A DNA stretch of 64,000 nt from Mariprofundus sp. (GTDB lineage Bacteria; Pseudomonadota; Zetaproteobacteria; Mariprofundales; Mariprofundaceae), in assembly GCA_021772775.1 (NCBI GenBank), contig JAJFLH010000036.1:24800-88799 (forward strand), written 5' to 3'. The notes under the pieces are model-generated. The model was given only the letters and a program-made list of their open reading frames with translations, did not search any database and had not been told where the DNA came from. This document shows, in pieces, positions 29,201-38,076 of the stretch. The translations under genes and the position numbers were made by a program. Numbering within the stretch: the stretch's first letter is position 1; each line of letters starts with the position of its first letter.

Positions 29201-29709
29201 TTCTGTGTGTAACCATGACATGCCAGGCAGACCTGATCACCGCGCACCGGATAGAGCACAGTCAGCTGCCCTTCTTTATGAAGATTACTCTGGCGCCCTT
29301 CTCGCACAACCTTGTCAAACTCGCTCTGTAAGGACGTATCCAGATGAGCAGCACCAGCAATAGCTTCACGTTGAAAGCGTTGCTCGGAAAGGAATGCATT
29401 CACGGCAGCAACTGTTTTCAAATCACGAAACGCCTCAACACCATCTGGTCGATAGATCTTGGCAAAATCAATGGATGACTGAGCAGTAAGTCGTTCCAAC
29501 CAACCGTGTGCAGTATCCCCGCGCCCTGCCAGCATGATACTCTTCAGGCTACTGATCGCCGTATCCGCTGTACTTGCAGCCCGCTCCACCTCATCTTGTT
29601 GCATTAATGTTTGTCCCCGCATATCAATCCAATAGAGACCAGCGGCCAATAAGCTTGTAAGCAACAAGCTCAAAAACAGAGCAAATTTGACACTTATCTT
29701 ATGTGACAT
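26263..29709 (-). CDS. Hybrid histidine kinase: periplasmic CxxCH heme domain, HAMP, GAF, HisKA, HATPase, degenerate REC, REC, degenerate GGDEF
   Basis: Two TMs flank CLACH. Kinase motifs FLANTSHELRTPLNAII, NLVGNAIKFT and GGTGLGL. REC motif IILDLMMP and C-terminal RRGDICARMDEDKF. Start set at MSHK with RBS GGGAG. Confidence 0.92.
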   Translation of the reverse strand: MSHKISVKFALFLSLLLTSLLAAGLYWIDMRGQTLMQQDEVERAASTADTAISSLKSIMLAGRGDTAHGWLERLTAQSSIDFAKIYRPDGVEAFRDLKTVAAVNAFLSEQRFQREAIAGAAHLDTSLQSEFDKVVREGRQSNLHKEGQLTVLYPVRGDQVCLACHGYTQNALRGVLVLSVPTSATTTRMEELLADTMMIFLAMMLLFIAVAVAFFRTQIIRPLMALNAAAETVTRGKLNYRIDSSRKDEFGMVANAFDELVGHVESRIDGEAKQKKRQELLTEAVISLSRQSAKEDILHHVGELAMDMVRARYAMVTYTDMKGEHHLIPLGISEKQAAAISRLPVGKGLLGLFWNGHEPVRINNIASHPASVGFPEGHPPMQSLLGVPLDFAGETLGAIYLSDRTDGCDFDEDDERAIIVLASACAIALANQRNAQSELAVVNRRLLSREIELELINEELSQANEAKSQFLANTSHELRTPLNAIIGFSELLKNPRMGSLTERQSRYVDHVHVSGKRLLTIINDLLDISKIEAGMMMIDEIPCLPGQIASEVLNELIPLASAKQIALTLKDDCSDSEKVILDAGKLHQIIVNLVGNAIKFTPEEGQVEILVRIEKPDANKRSVTVAVRDSGCGIAVEDQEKIFEPFVQASGGLNRVHGGTGLGLALTRRQIHLLGGSIRLESTPDEGSCFSVELPGEAIHVSQDQSITEGLIQDQDMEQVDEMIAEIVPMSGPRPKIVVVDEDTLRTTAVIALMEQQGYEAFASDILNAAEQCESLCAYLIMLGIPADDKQLHHRLEALKTYKETRNLPVILIGGDADAMEFSMGPVGVMEKGIKHQDLLDLISRYCHYIPARTEVPSVLVIDDEATVREFLRDTLVSEGFRVLLARDGKEGIKVAVEREPDMIILDLMMPQISGFDVIRQLNRHPVAAQIPVVIYTAKDLTRAEALHLGQEAERVLIKGANGRGDLLRQLQKMELLYPVRAQLIDPVLNCFNSRYMDRRLEQEASNASRHGLKFSLLFWKIDHYNDYVGNYGERWAIAALKEIMETVQSVTRRGDICARMDEDKFMLFLPGVTTLGVVRVAEKLRLRIRHQRFLLPDDQAGELKASFAAAHFGKDAEDIGGLMQCLAERLAEAVNAGGDVGCYGGDV

Positions 29710-30092
29710 GTTTGATTCTCCCAAACAGCTTCATCCTTTGCCACCAGCCATGCATCAAAAACATCCAAGAGCGCATCAATCGGAACAGGTTTGTGAAGTA
29801 GAGATACGCCCAACCTTTTTATCGATGGATTCAAATCACCGGTGATCAGCACGGTGCTTGCCAGCAGCTCAGGGCGATGAATTTCTATCCACTCTATCAC
29901 CTGCAAACCACTGCCATCGTTTAAATTGTAATCACAGCCAACTGCATCGACTTGCTCATTTGCCAACAGCTTGAGTGCCTCTGCCACCGAATGCGCCACA
30001 AACACGTGATAATCAAGTGATAAAACCTCCTCATACAGCTCCAGCTGCGTAGGATCATCATCCACCATCAGGATACGCTTCGAGCTATTCAT
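29694..30092 (-). CDS. Single-domain response regulator
   Basis: ILMVDDD, CDYNLNDGSG, LITG and LHKP motifs. Confidence 0.88.
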   Translation of the reverse strand: MNSSKRILMVDDDPTQLELYEEVLSLDYHVFVAHSVAEALKLLANEQVDAVGCDYNLNDGSGLQVIEWIEIHRPELLASTVLITGDLNPSIKRLGVSLLHKPVPIDALLDVFDAWLVAKDEAVWENQTCHIR

Positions 30093-30697
30093 ATTCCCAA
30101 TCCACCTTGAAGCGATGCCTTGGCATCACCTAGAACGGTGTGCACCGTGTTAATAAATATCTTGAGATTCAGCGGCTTAAACAGCAACGCTTCTGGATTG
30201 GCCGTATTGATGCGATTGACGACTAACCTCCGGTCTGAGGCTGCTGTAACAACAACAATTTTAGCTTCAGCTAGCGGTGGCTCATCGCCCTTGAGCCGGT
30301 GGATGATCTCCAAACCATTGATATCCGGCATCATGATATCCAACACGATTAGATCTGGCTGAAGCCGCCCAATTTCAATCAGACCTGAATAACCATTATG
30401 AGCCGAATAGACTTCATAGCCGGCATTATCAACCTCCAACGCGCCGATCATCAATTCATGCGCTGTCAGATCGTCATCAATCAACAATATACGTTTAGGG
30501 GAGAGGACAGTATCAGCATTATTGCTTATGGCTGGCGCAGTAAACTTTTCCATAAATGTGAGAAATGATGCACGAGGAATACGCCAATGACCGCCTGGAG
30601 TCTGGACAGCGGCAATATCACCCTGACGGATCCAGTTTTTAATGGTATTTAATTTTACACCACAAAGTTTTGCCGCTTCACCGGTAGTAATATACAT
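30089..30697 (-). CDS. Response regulator with N-terminal excisionase-like (HTH_17/MerR-type) DNA-binding domain
   Basis: YITTGEAAKLCGVKLNTIKNWIRQGDIAAVQTPGGHWRI, then a REC domain (LLIDDD, VLDIMMPDING, KP). RBS GGGGGAG precedes ATG at 30697. Confidence 0.92.
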   Translation of the reverse strand: MYITTGEAAKLCGVKLNTIKNWIRQGDIAAVQTPGGHWRIPRASFLTFMEKFTAPAISNNADTVLSPKRILLIDDDLTAHELMIGALEVDNAGYEVYSAHNGYSGLIEIGRLQPDLIVLDIMMPDINGLEIIHRLKGDEPPLAEAKIVVVTAASDRRLVVNRINTANPEALLFKPLNLKIFINTVHTVLGDAKASLQGGLGI

Positions 30698-30758
30698 GCT
30701 CTCCCCCTGACAACTAAGGATCATAATTATGATTGCCCCAATATAACCAAACAAAAGT

Positions 30759-30803
30759 CACTTTCAACGGTTTTTACTATATATTCACTTTTGACACTTT
30801 TGA
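30759..30803. promoter_or_regulatory. Phased 9-bp direct repeats upstream of the HTH-REC gene
   Basis: Five in-phase units: CACTTTCAA, CGGTTTTTA, CTATATATT, CACTTTTGA and CACTTTTGA. Confidence 0.5.
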
Positions 30804-30905
30804 TATTTACTTCACGAAAGCAGTTGATGAAACGGCGATGATACCAGCCCTCTTTGCTCAGCCTGCACAAAAAAACAGCTATCCGAGTGGAAAAAAGCGA
30901 GCCGT

Positions 30906-30944
30906 CTGACATTTCTTTAGTGGATGTATAGATTCCCATCCATG
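30906..30944 (+). promoter_or_regulatory. Sigma70-like promoter ending at the start codon (leaderless candidate)
   Basis: CTGACA, 17 bp, TAGATT, 7 nt, then ATG(30942). No Shine-Dalgarno sequence. Confidence 0.6.
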
Positions 30945-31769
30945 ACTGATATTCTGCAACTGTATCCGCCTTCACCGCAGAAATTGCCTCTGAAGCATCT
31001 CTATCTGAGCTTAAACCTGCACAAGCAGGCTGCGCCATCAGAGTTACTGATTTATGCCAATTACATCGCCAGCGTGGATGGCCGCATTTCATTGCGCGAT
31101 GCCGAGTCAGGTGAGTTCATGGTGCCTGCCAGTATTGCAAACAAACGTGATTGGCGACTCTATCAAGAGCTTGCGGCGCAAGCAGATGTGATGATCACCT
31201 CAGCACGCTACTTTCGTCAATTGGCTAAGGGTAAAGCACAGGACCTTCTGCCTGTTGGCACCTCACCTGAATACGCCGATCTGGCTAATTGGCGAAGACA
31301 ACAGGGATTGAACAAACAACCTGATGTTGTCGTGATCTCAAACTCTTTAGATATCCCTTTCGAAGCTCTGGCACAGCTAGAAGATAGACGTGTGATCATC
31401 TGCACCAGCGAAGAAGCAAATCAACAGAAAATCAATCAACTGCAGTCCCTGGGCATCTCGGTACTGATCGCCGGCAATCAGCAGGTTGAAGGCAAACGAC
31501 TAAAGAAGCTATTAATCCAACAAGAGTATCGCAGCGCTTATATGATTGCCGGGCCAGAGATACATCGCACACTATTAAATGCAAAGGTGCTGGATCGCCT
31601 ATTTCTAACTAGCCGCTTAAACCTGCTGGCGGGTGATGCTTTTCACACCATACTCAACGGTGATATCCAACAGCCTGCAGAGTTGGAACTATTATCGCTG
31701 TATCTCGATAAAAGCAGCCCCCTGAAGCAAATATTCGCTCAATACACCCTAACAAGAACGGAGAAATAA
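30942..31769 (+). CDS. RibD C-terminal-domain (dihydrofolate-reductase-like) protein
   Basis: YANYIASVDGRIS, YQELAAQADVMITSARY and AGPEIHRTLL motifs. Confidence 0.85.
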   Translation: MTDILQLYPPSPQKLPLKHLYLSLNLHKQAAPSELLIYANYIASVDGRISLRDAESGEFMVPASIANKRDWRLYQELAAQADVMITSARYFRQLAKGKAQDLLPVGTSPEYADLANWRRQQGLNKQPDVVVISNSLDIPFEALAQLEDRRVIICTSEEANQQKINQLQSLGISVLIAGNQQVEGKRLKKLLIQQEYRSAYMIAGPEIHRTLLNAKVLDRLFLTSRLNLLAGDAFHTILNGDIQQPAELELLSLYLDKSSPLKQIFAQYTLTRTEK

Positions 31770-31770
31770 T

Positions 31771-32115
31771 ATGATCACAATGTATGGCATCAGCAATTGC
31801 GATACGATTAAAAAAGCACGTCGCTGGCTCGACCAGCATAGCGTGATATATCAATTCCATAACTACAAAACAGCGGGTATTGAAGCAGCACAGCTACAGC
31901 AGTGGACTGAACAGGTCGGCTGGGAAGTATTGCTGAACAAACGCGGCACAACATGGCGTCGTTTAAATGAAGATCAAAAGAGCGGTATTGATAGCGAGAA
32001 AGCTATCGCATTGATGTCTGAGCACACCTCAATGATCAAACGACCCGTACTGATCGTTGGCGATAACATTGAAGTGGGCTTCTCCGAACAGCGCTATGGT
32101 GAACTATTCAAATGA
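31771..32115 (+). CDS. ArsC/Spx-family protein (YffB-like)
   Basis: MYGISNCDTIKKARRWL, LLNKRGTTWR and MIKRPVL motifs. Confidence 0.92.
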   Translation: MITMYGISNCDTIKKARRWLDQHSVIYQFHNYKTAGIEAAQLQQWTEQVGWEVLLNKRGTTWRRLNEDQKSGIDSEKAIALMSEHTSMIKRPVLIVGDNIEVGFSEQRYGELFK

Positions 32116-32735
32116 CACTGCACCAACATCAAAAGGTCATGTTGGCTGGCCCTTCAGGTCAACTGGAAGGGCTGTATCAAAAAGGTGAAGCTGGAAAACC
32201 CGCCATTGTTGTCTGCCACCCCCACCCGCAATATGGCGGCACCATGCGCAATAAGGTGGTCTACTGGATAGCGCGGGCATTTGAAGACAGGGGGTGTTCT
32301 GTATTACGGTTTAACTTTCGTGGTGTAGAAAAATCAGAAGGCGAATGGGATAAAGGCCGTGGTGAGTCTCATGACGCATCAGCTGCATTAGACTGGCTGC
32401 ATAAACAACACCCGGATAGCCCATTGTGGCTGGCCGGGTTTTCCTTTGGCTGTTATGCAGGTCTGCAAGCAGCACGAAGAGACAAACGGGTATCCCGACT
32501 ATTTGCTGTCGCACCGGCAGTAAATCTATGGTCATTTGCATTCATGCAGGGTGATCAACGACCTTTTACAGTGATATCAGGCACCGCTGATGAAATCGTA
32601 CCATTTGAACAAGTACGCGCCAATGTGGTTGGACAGAGCAATATTCGTTTTCATCATATTGAAGGTGCAGGACACTTTTTCCCTGAACATAAAGATCAAA
32701 TGATTTCAGCACTCATGACAGATGTGAGGGTGTAA
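32112..32735 (+). CDS. Alpha/beta hydrolase
   Basis: CHPHPQYGGTMRNKVV, nucleophile GFSFG, GTADE and GAGHFF. Confidence 0.92.
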   Translation: MTLHQHQKVMLAGPSGQLEGLYQKGEAGKPAIVVCHPHPQYGGTMRNKVVYWIARAFEDRGCSVLRFNFRGVEKSEGEWDKGRGESHDASAALDWLHKQHPDSPLWLAGFSFGCYAGLQAARRDKRVSRLFAVAPAVNLWSFAFMQGDQRPFTVISGTADEIVPFEQVRANVVGQSNIRFHHIEGAGHFFPEHKDQMISALMTDVRV

Positions 32736-32780
32736 ACAAGTTAGTTGTGAAGAGTAAGGGAGCCTTCCCTCTTTATCCCC

Positions 32781-34751
32781 CTATTTCACCATTCTGCCAA
32801 TGAGCCCATCAAGATCATCTGGATTAAACGGCTTACTGATAAGAATGGTATTGTCCAAATTACGCGTCTCTTCTGTTACCAGAGACTGATCGTAACCCGT
32901 AGCATAAATCACCGGCAGATCAGGGCGTAATTTACGCATCTGCTTGGATGCTGCTACACCATCCATATGCGGCATCACGATATCAGTAATAAGAATATCC
33001 CAATGATCATATTTCCCTTCAAATATTTCACAAGCCGCACGTCCATCGGTAGCCAAGGTAACATGATGTCCCATACATTCGAGCAACTCCTTGGTGGGCT
33101 CCAGCACCCTGTTGTCATCATCAACAAGCAAAATATTTGCACTTCTATTCGATTGCTGATCATGCGCTATTGCAGCTGTTTTCTCAGGCATGAGTACCGG
33201 CAAAAACAGATGAAAACAGCTACCACGACCAAGCCTGCTCTCAACATCAATGATACCATGGTGATTGCGAATACAGCCCATAACCATGGCCAAACCCAAA
33301 CCACTACCCAGTTGTTTGGTCGTAAAAAACGGATCAAAAATACGATCCAGCATACTCTCGGGCATGCCTTTACCATTATCTCGAATTAACACGTGCGCAA
33401 AGTTCCCATGCCTGAGCACAGGATATTTCTTCAATAAATCGTTATGCTCGCTGCTATTGAAGGGCGTAAGTTTAATCTCGATATGAGCCGCATCAATCTC
33501 TTTGCAAGCTTCAACCGCATTATGAATAATATTGAGTAAAGATTGCTGCAATTGACCAGCATCGCCGCGAAAATTGACCGCCCCCGGCTCAAAGCTTGAT
33601 GTAAACCTAATATTCTCCGGCACACTATGCTGAGCCAATTTGACAAATTCATTGATGAAAGGTTTAAGTGAAAACTCTTTAGCATGGTGTTCACCCTGAC
33701 GAGCAAATGTCAGCAGCTGCGCGACAATTTCAGAGGCCTCCTGGGTCGTGGCCTGAACCTTTTTCATGCGCTCTGCGGTCTTTGGCAGATGAGCCACTTC
33801 TCTTGAAGCCAGGTAAATCTGTCCTACTAGGCCTGCTAGCAGATTATTGAAATCATGTGCAATGCCACCAATCAGAGTAATAAGTGCTTCCTGTTTCTGA
33901 GTATTACGCATTTTTTCTTCGAGTGATACCTGCTGACTAATATCTTCCTGAATAATGATGTGATGCGTCACATCACCTTCGACATTTCGAATCGGGGCAA
34001 TACTCACTGAAGCGATAAAACCTGTACCATTTTTACGGACAATATCGTGCCTATCCACCCAAGCCTCTTCTGCTTCAAGGCTAAGTTTCAACTGCTGGCT
34101 AAAACCATCAGTGCTTCCTTCAAACAGGGTCTCATAAAATACCCGACCTCTAATCTCATCGGTATCCCAGCCAGTCTGATCTGTAAATGTTTGGTTGGTG
34201 TATTCAATCTGACCATGTACATCAGTGATAATCACGGCCTCGCCTGCCTGATCAATAGCAGCAGCCAATTGCATATTTTTCTTTTCCAGGTCTAGCCTTT
34301 GATCAAGCTCACTTTTCAACAATTGAGCCGACGTTTTATATTGCTCAATCAATCTCAATTGCTCGGTTTGATCCTGAATCGTAAAGAGGGCAATTCGCTG
34401 CTCTTGCAACCATGACACAGTAACCAACTGTGCTCTGAATTCACCATGCGCCAACGGACAAGCAATTAAGTGATGGTGCAACTGGGCTGAAAATATGACT
34501 GGGGCTCCCCCCTTAAGAACCTGATCAATACGCAACTTAAAAACATCCGCAGCCGTATTTGGGAAGAGTTCAAACAAATTCTTATTGAGTACCTGCTGAC
34601 GGGGACGCTTGGTCCATTGCTCCATATTATTATTCCAAAGCACAATCGTTCCATCACGATTAATAGCCAAAATTCCACTGCCAATATGATCGAGAAGCGG
34701 AAATTGATCAGCCTTAACCAAATCGGACTGACGATGACCTAGATTGTTCAT
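32781..34751 (-). CDS. Cytoplasmic PAS-PAS hybrid histidine kinase (CckA-like, with REC)
   Basis: Two PAS folds, [26 protein letters not shown] and REC motif ILITDIVMP. Confidence 0.92.
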   Translation of the reverse strand: MNNLGHRQSDLVKADQFPLLDHIGSGILAINRDGTIVLWNNNMEQWTKRPRQQVLNKNLFELFPNTAADVFKLRIDQVLKGGAPVIFSAQLHHHLIACPLAHGEFRAQLVTVSWLQEQRIALFTIQDQTEQLRLIEQYKTSAQLLKSELDQRLDLEKKNMQLAAAIDQAGEAVIITDVHGQIEYTNQTFTDQTGWDTDEIRGRVFYETLFEGSTDGFSQQLKLSLEAEEAWVDRHDIVRKNGTGFIASVSIAPIRNVEGDVTHHIIIQEDISQQVSLEEKMRNTQKQEALITLIGGIAHDFNNLLAGLVGQIYLASREVAHLPKTAERMKKVQATTQEASEIVAQLLTFARQGEHHAKEFSLKPFINEFVKLAQHSVPENIRFTSSFEPGAVNFRGDAGQLQQSLLNIIHNAVEACKEIDAAHIEIKLTPFNSSEHNDLLKKYPVLRHGNFAHVLIRDNGKGMPESMLDRIFDPFFTTKQLGSGLGLAMVMGCIRNHHGIIDVESRLGRGSCFHLFLPVLMPEKTAAIAHDQQSNRSANILLVDDDNRVLEPTKELLECMGHHVTLATDGRAACEIFEGKYDHWDILITDIVMPHMDGVAASKQMRKLRPDLPVIYATGYDQSLVTEETRNLDNTILISKPFNPDDLDGLIGRMVK

Positions 34752-35344
34752 GCCATGAGTTCCTTATTAATGGAATAGATTAGACTCTGAAATGAGCCAA
34801 GCTCAAAGAACAGCAGAATATTTCCTTCAATACATAACTCATCAATATAGAAATTGGCACGGGCAATAAGCACAGCTTCTGCCTCTTGATGCCCCAGCAG
34901 ATCCTGCACTGGCACTTCCTGATATATAGGCACTGAATAATCCAGCGTAGAAGCCAGCATGTTACTCAATGAGCCCATGACTCCGTTAAGGAGAATATTA
35001 CCAACTTCTGCCAATGTACCTGAGCGCAAGTCATCCAGCTCTGCTGAATCAGGCTCCTCGCCAGTCAATACAGCCACCAGCGTTCTGGCTGACACCAAGG
35101 GAAACATAAGTGATGCATTACCATCAAAGTCACCATGAAAACTCATAGAAACGGATGAAATACCGTCCCCATCACCAATTGGAGGATTATGTCTTATTTT
35201 ATCAATACTAAGAAACTCCACCGTTGGTACAGTCAAACGTATGGTGTGATTAATCAAACAGTTTAATGTTGAAGCAGCATGCCCGACACCGATATTGATC
35301 AGCTCGGTCAGTGCATCGTTCTGCTCAACTGAAATATCCATCAT
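34748..35344 (-). CDS. cheC: CheC-like aspartyl-phosphate phosphatase
   Basis: Two CheC active-site repeats: DALTELINIG and TLAEVGNIL. Confidence 0.85.
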   Translation of the reverse strand: MMDISVEQNDALTELINIGVGHAASTLNCLINHTIRLTVPTVEFLSIDKIRHNPPIGDGDGISSVSMSFHGDFDGNASLMFPLVSARTLVAVLTGEEPDSAELDDLRSGTLAEVGNILLNGVMGSLSNMLASTLDYSVPIYQEVPVQDLLGHQEAEAVLIARANFYIDELCIEGNILLFFELGSFQSLIYSINKELMA

Positions 35345-35730
35345 ACAACATCCTTGCTACAGAGAGCAGCTTTTTTATTGAGAGCAACGTCCAAGGCATT
35401 TAATACTTCAGCCTCTTTCGGCGGTTTATTGATAAAACCAACAGCCCCAAGTTGTAAACATTCATCTCTGATTGTATCTTGAATATCCGCCGTCAATACA
35501 ATGACAGGCACAGGGTGGGCTTGTTCCTTCAATGCTGCCAATACAGATAGACCATCCATCTCAGGCATCACCAAATCAAGAAACACAACGTCTGGAGCAC
35601 CTTGCTTAATCTGATTCATACATTCGATGCCATTAACGGCTTCAGTAATGTTATGGCCACCAGACTTCAGAATACTGCATGTCCTACGTCTTAGAAAACT
35701 TGAATCATCCGTCACTAAAATATTGGCCAT
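35341..35730 (-). CDS. CheY-like single-domain response regulator
   Basis: ILVTDDS, FLDLVMPEMDG, LTAD and INKP motifs. Confidence 0.92.
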   Translation of the reverse strand: MANILVTDDSSFLRRRTCSILKSGGHNITEAVNGIECMNQIKQGAPDVVFLDLVMPEMDGLSVLAALKEQAHPVPVIVLTADIQDTIRDECLQLGAVGFINKPPKEAEVLNALDVALNKKAALCSKDVV

Positions 35731-35825
35731 GGGGTCCTCCCAAACGAGTTGAATTAATCAAATGTTTATGATTCTTACTTAATTATAATTTGGATCAGCA
35801 AGAATCAGGCCGAAACTTTAAGCCT

Positions 35826-37280
35826 TTAATGAACTGTTTTGATGACATCTCCACTATTGGGCTGCTCGTCCACATCCATACCATTGAGTGCAGCCAACTT
35901 CTCTGCGGTAAAGCGACCAAGGATATGATTGTTTGTTATGGCCAGTTTTTCCCAGCTGTCATCCAGCTTCCATCTGTAGAGAGAGATACGTGGAATATCA
36001 CCCTCACCTTCTGCCATATAGGTATCAAAGCTCTGTGCAATACTAGAAAACGCGCGCATATAATCGATAAATTCTTTGCGTGCACTCCACATCAACATCA
36101 CAAATGCCCGACGCCCTTTGATATAAATATAGGCATCAATCTTGGCTGTGCTGACGTGCGGAGCAGACATGGTAATTTCGGCATGAGAATATGACATACC
36201 AGCTTGCTGCCCGGTTTTTATAATCCTGGTATGGCGTTTCGGAAAACTACGTTTTAATAGTTCAGTTGGAGTCTCACGTTTCTTCAGCTCTTTTGTCTGC
36301 AACTGGAAATAAACATCTTTCTGGCGCAAGCGTGCGTTCAGTGAAGCAGGCGTGTTCGTAATCACCCACTCTTCTGGAAACTTTAGCTGAATACCGAGAT
36401 CTGGATGCAAAAAACGACGACCAACTACAGCGCCCTGCTCCGGGCTATCACCATAGGGATAGCCATCAACCGCAGCCAGCATGGCGTTGTGATTATCCAA
36501 CACGGTGTCTATTTGAGTCGACTTGGCTTGCGCAATAGCTTCTTTGATACGCTTTTCTGTTTTTGGATGACTGGCGAATGCCCCGTGGTACTCCTGCACT
36601 TTATCACCAGCATCTTTTGTCTCTTTGTCATTCAAATCCCGCAATCGTTTCAGCGTTTTAAGAATACCAACGGTAGCGTTAGGATCATAACCAGCACGTG
36701 TTAGATATTTGACAGATAACTCATCTGATTCAAGCTCAGCCTCTCTGCCATAGCCTTTGATAACAGCCGTCGCCAACAGATCAGAAAGCATGCCCGCAGC
36801 TTGCGGAACAGGCACAAACACAGATGCAATCATGGCTCCCACCTGATAGGCCTGAGCCTTGGAATATTGTTTCACCGAATGGCGTGCTGTGACATGGCCA
36901 ATCTCATGACCCAATACAGCCGCCATCTCAGCTTCGCTATTCATGTGATTAAGCAGACCTCTATGCATATAGATGTAGCCACCGGGCAAAGCAAAGGCAT
37001 TGATGGTATCATCATCAACAACATGGAAGCGATAAAAGAGTTCTGGTCGATCAGCGATAGCTGCCATTTTTTGACCTATACGATCCACATAACGTACCAA
37101 TGGATCTTTTTCATCCAATAGAACAAGGCTTTTATTGATTTCAGCGGCAGCCTGTTGCCCCAGCTCCAACTCCTTATTCTCACTCACCATCACAAAGTCT
37201 TTGGTCTTGGTGGCAGGATTAGTCACGCAGGAGACAAGCAAAAGTAGCAGTGTAATATTAAGAAGGCGGAAATATATCAT
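35826..37280 (-). CDS. M48-family zinc metalloprotease, probably a lipoprotein (BepA/YfgC-like)
   Basis: Lipobox-like LVSC, INAFALPGG, HEIGH, REAELESD and SHP motifs. Confidence 0.9.
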   Translation of the reverse strand: MIYFRLLNITLLLLLVSCVTNPATKTKDFVMVSENKELELGQQAAAEINKSLVLLDEKDPLVRYVDRIGQKMAAIADRPELFYRFHVVDDDTINAFALPGGYIYMHRGLLNHMNSEAEMAAVLGHEIGHVTARHSVKQYSKAQAYQVGAMIASVFVPVPQAAGMLSDLLATAVIKGYGREAELESDELSVKYLTRAGYDPNATVGILKTLKRLRDLNDKETKDAGDKVQEYHGAFASHPKTEKRIKEAIAQAKSTQIDTVLDNHNAMLAAVDGYPYGDSPEQGAVVGRRFLHPDLGIQLKFPEEWVITNTPASLNARLRQKDVYFQLQTKELKKRETPTELLKRSFPKRHTRIIKTGQQAGMSYSHAEITMSAPHVSTAKIDAYIYIKGRRAFVMLMWSARKEFIDYMRAFSSIAQSFDTYMAEGEGDIPRISLYRWKLDDSWEKLAITNNHILGRFTAEKLAALNGMDVDEQPNSGDVIKTVH

Positions 37281-37332
37281 GCATCAATTATTACAATTTC
37301 ACTCACGAAGATCAATTTCCCGACGATAGCTA

Positions 37333-38076
37333 TCAGCGAATTTCGTGAGGGGAGTGAATACTCAGATAGAGATTACCAGTAGATGAGATACGAACCACAC
37401 CTGCAATAATCACCTTGTCTCCTTTTTTTGGCAGATCAGCCGGAGTGAACCACTGGCGTGATATACGCGGTACAGTGATCGTTAATTTTGCCAATCGAAA
37501 ACGCCACGGCTGCACTGCATCAACGTAACCGCGCAGCAGATGAAATTGTCCGATGTGTTCATTGCGAAGATCCGAAGCATCCATAATTCGCCACCGGGAT
37601 GACTTCCACAGGCCGCGCATCTCATTGCGAGCAGCAGCTTCACTCTTTAATAATGAATCGGTCCAATAGAAATTAGGTGCAAAGCTGTATACATGCGCCA
37701 GCCCTTCGCGAACCATGATATCATTGATCCAGCGACCATCACGCAAATAGACTTGAGCCAGCGTGCGACCATATTTATCACGTTTTTCTCTGTCGGTACG
37801 CAGCTGTACCAACTGACCATTTATCAAGGCCCTCAGTCGTCGCTTCGCCTTAATGCCATAGGCTTCACTGGATTGACTTCCATGCGCAATTTCAGGTGTA
37901 TTGATCCCCAGCAAACGCACTTTCTCACCATTTCGTGTACGGAATGTATCACCATCAAACACATGAGCGACTTGTACCCAGCGCGACTTACCAATAACCG
38001 AGAGTGTTCCTGCCTCTGCTTGCACTGCAGCACAACAGAGCAGGCAGAGTGTTAAAAAGAGTTTATTTCGTAACAA
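37333..38076 (-). CDS. Secreted thermonuclease (SNase-like) with C-terminal OB-like extension
   Basis: Signal peptide (AVQAEA), VFDGDT, VRLLGINTPE, DKYGRTLAQVY and GLW motifs. Probable TTG start overlapping the pyrD stop; the ORF track begins at 38139. Confidence 0.85.
   Translation of the reverse strand: MLRNKLFLTLCLLCCAAVQAEAGTLSVIGKSRWVQVAHVFDGDTFRTRNGEKVRLLGINTPEIAHGSQSSEAYGIKAKRRLRALINGQLVQLRTDREKRDKYGRTLAQVYLRDGRWINDIMVREGLAHVYSFAPNFYWTDSLLKSEAAARNEMRGLWKSSRWRIMDASDLRNEHIGQFHLLRGYVDAVQPWRFRLAKLTITVPRISRQWFTPADLPKKGDKVIIAGVVRISSTGNLYLSIHSPHEIR

Noticed and set aside
30580-30697. Prophage or integrative-element excisionase
   Set aside because: The Xis-like HTH is fused to a receiver domain inside a signalling operon, and no integrase, att site or phage genes are nearby.
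35749-35761. FNR/Crp-like site TTGAATTAATCAA upstream of the CheY-CheC operon
   Set aside because: The spacer is one base short of TTGAT-N4-ATCAA, and the context is AT-rich.
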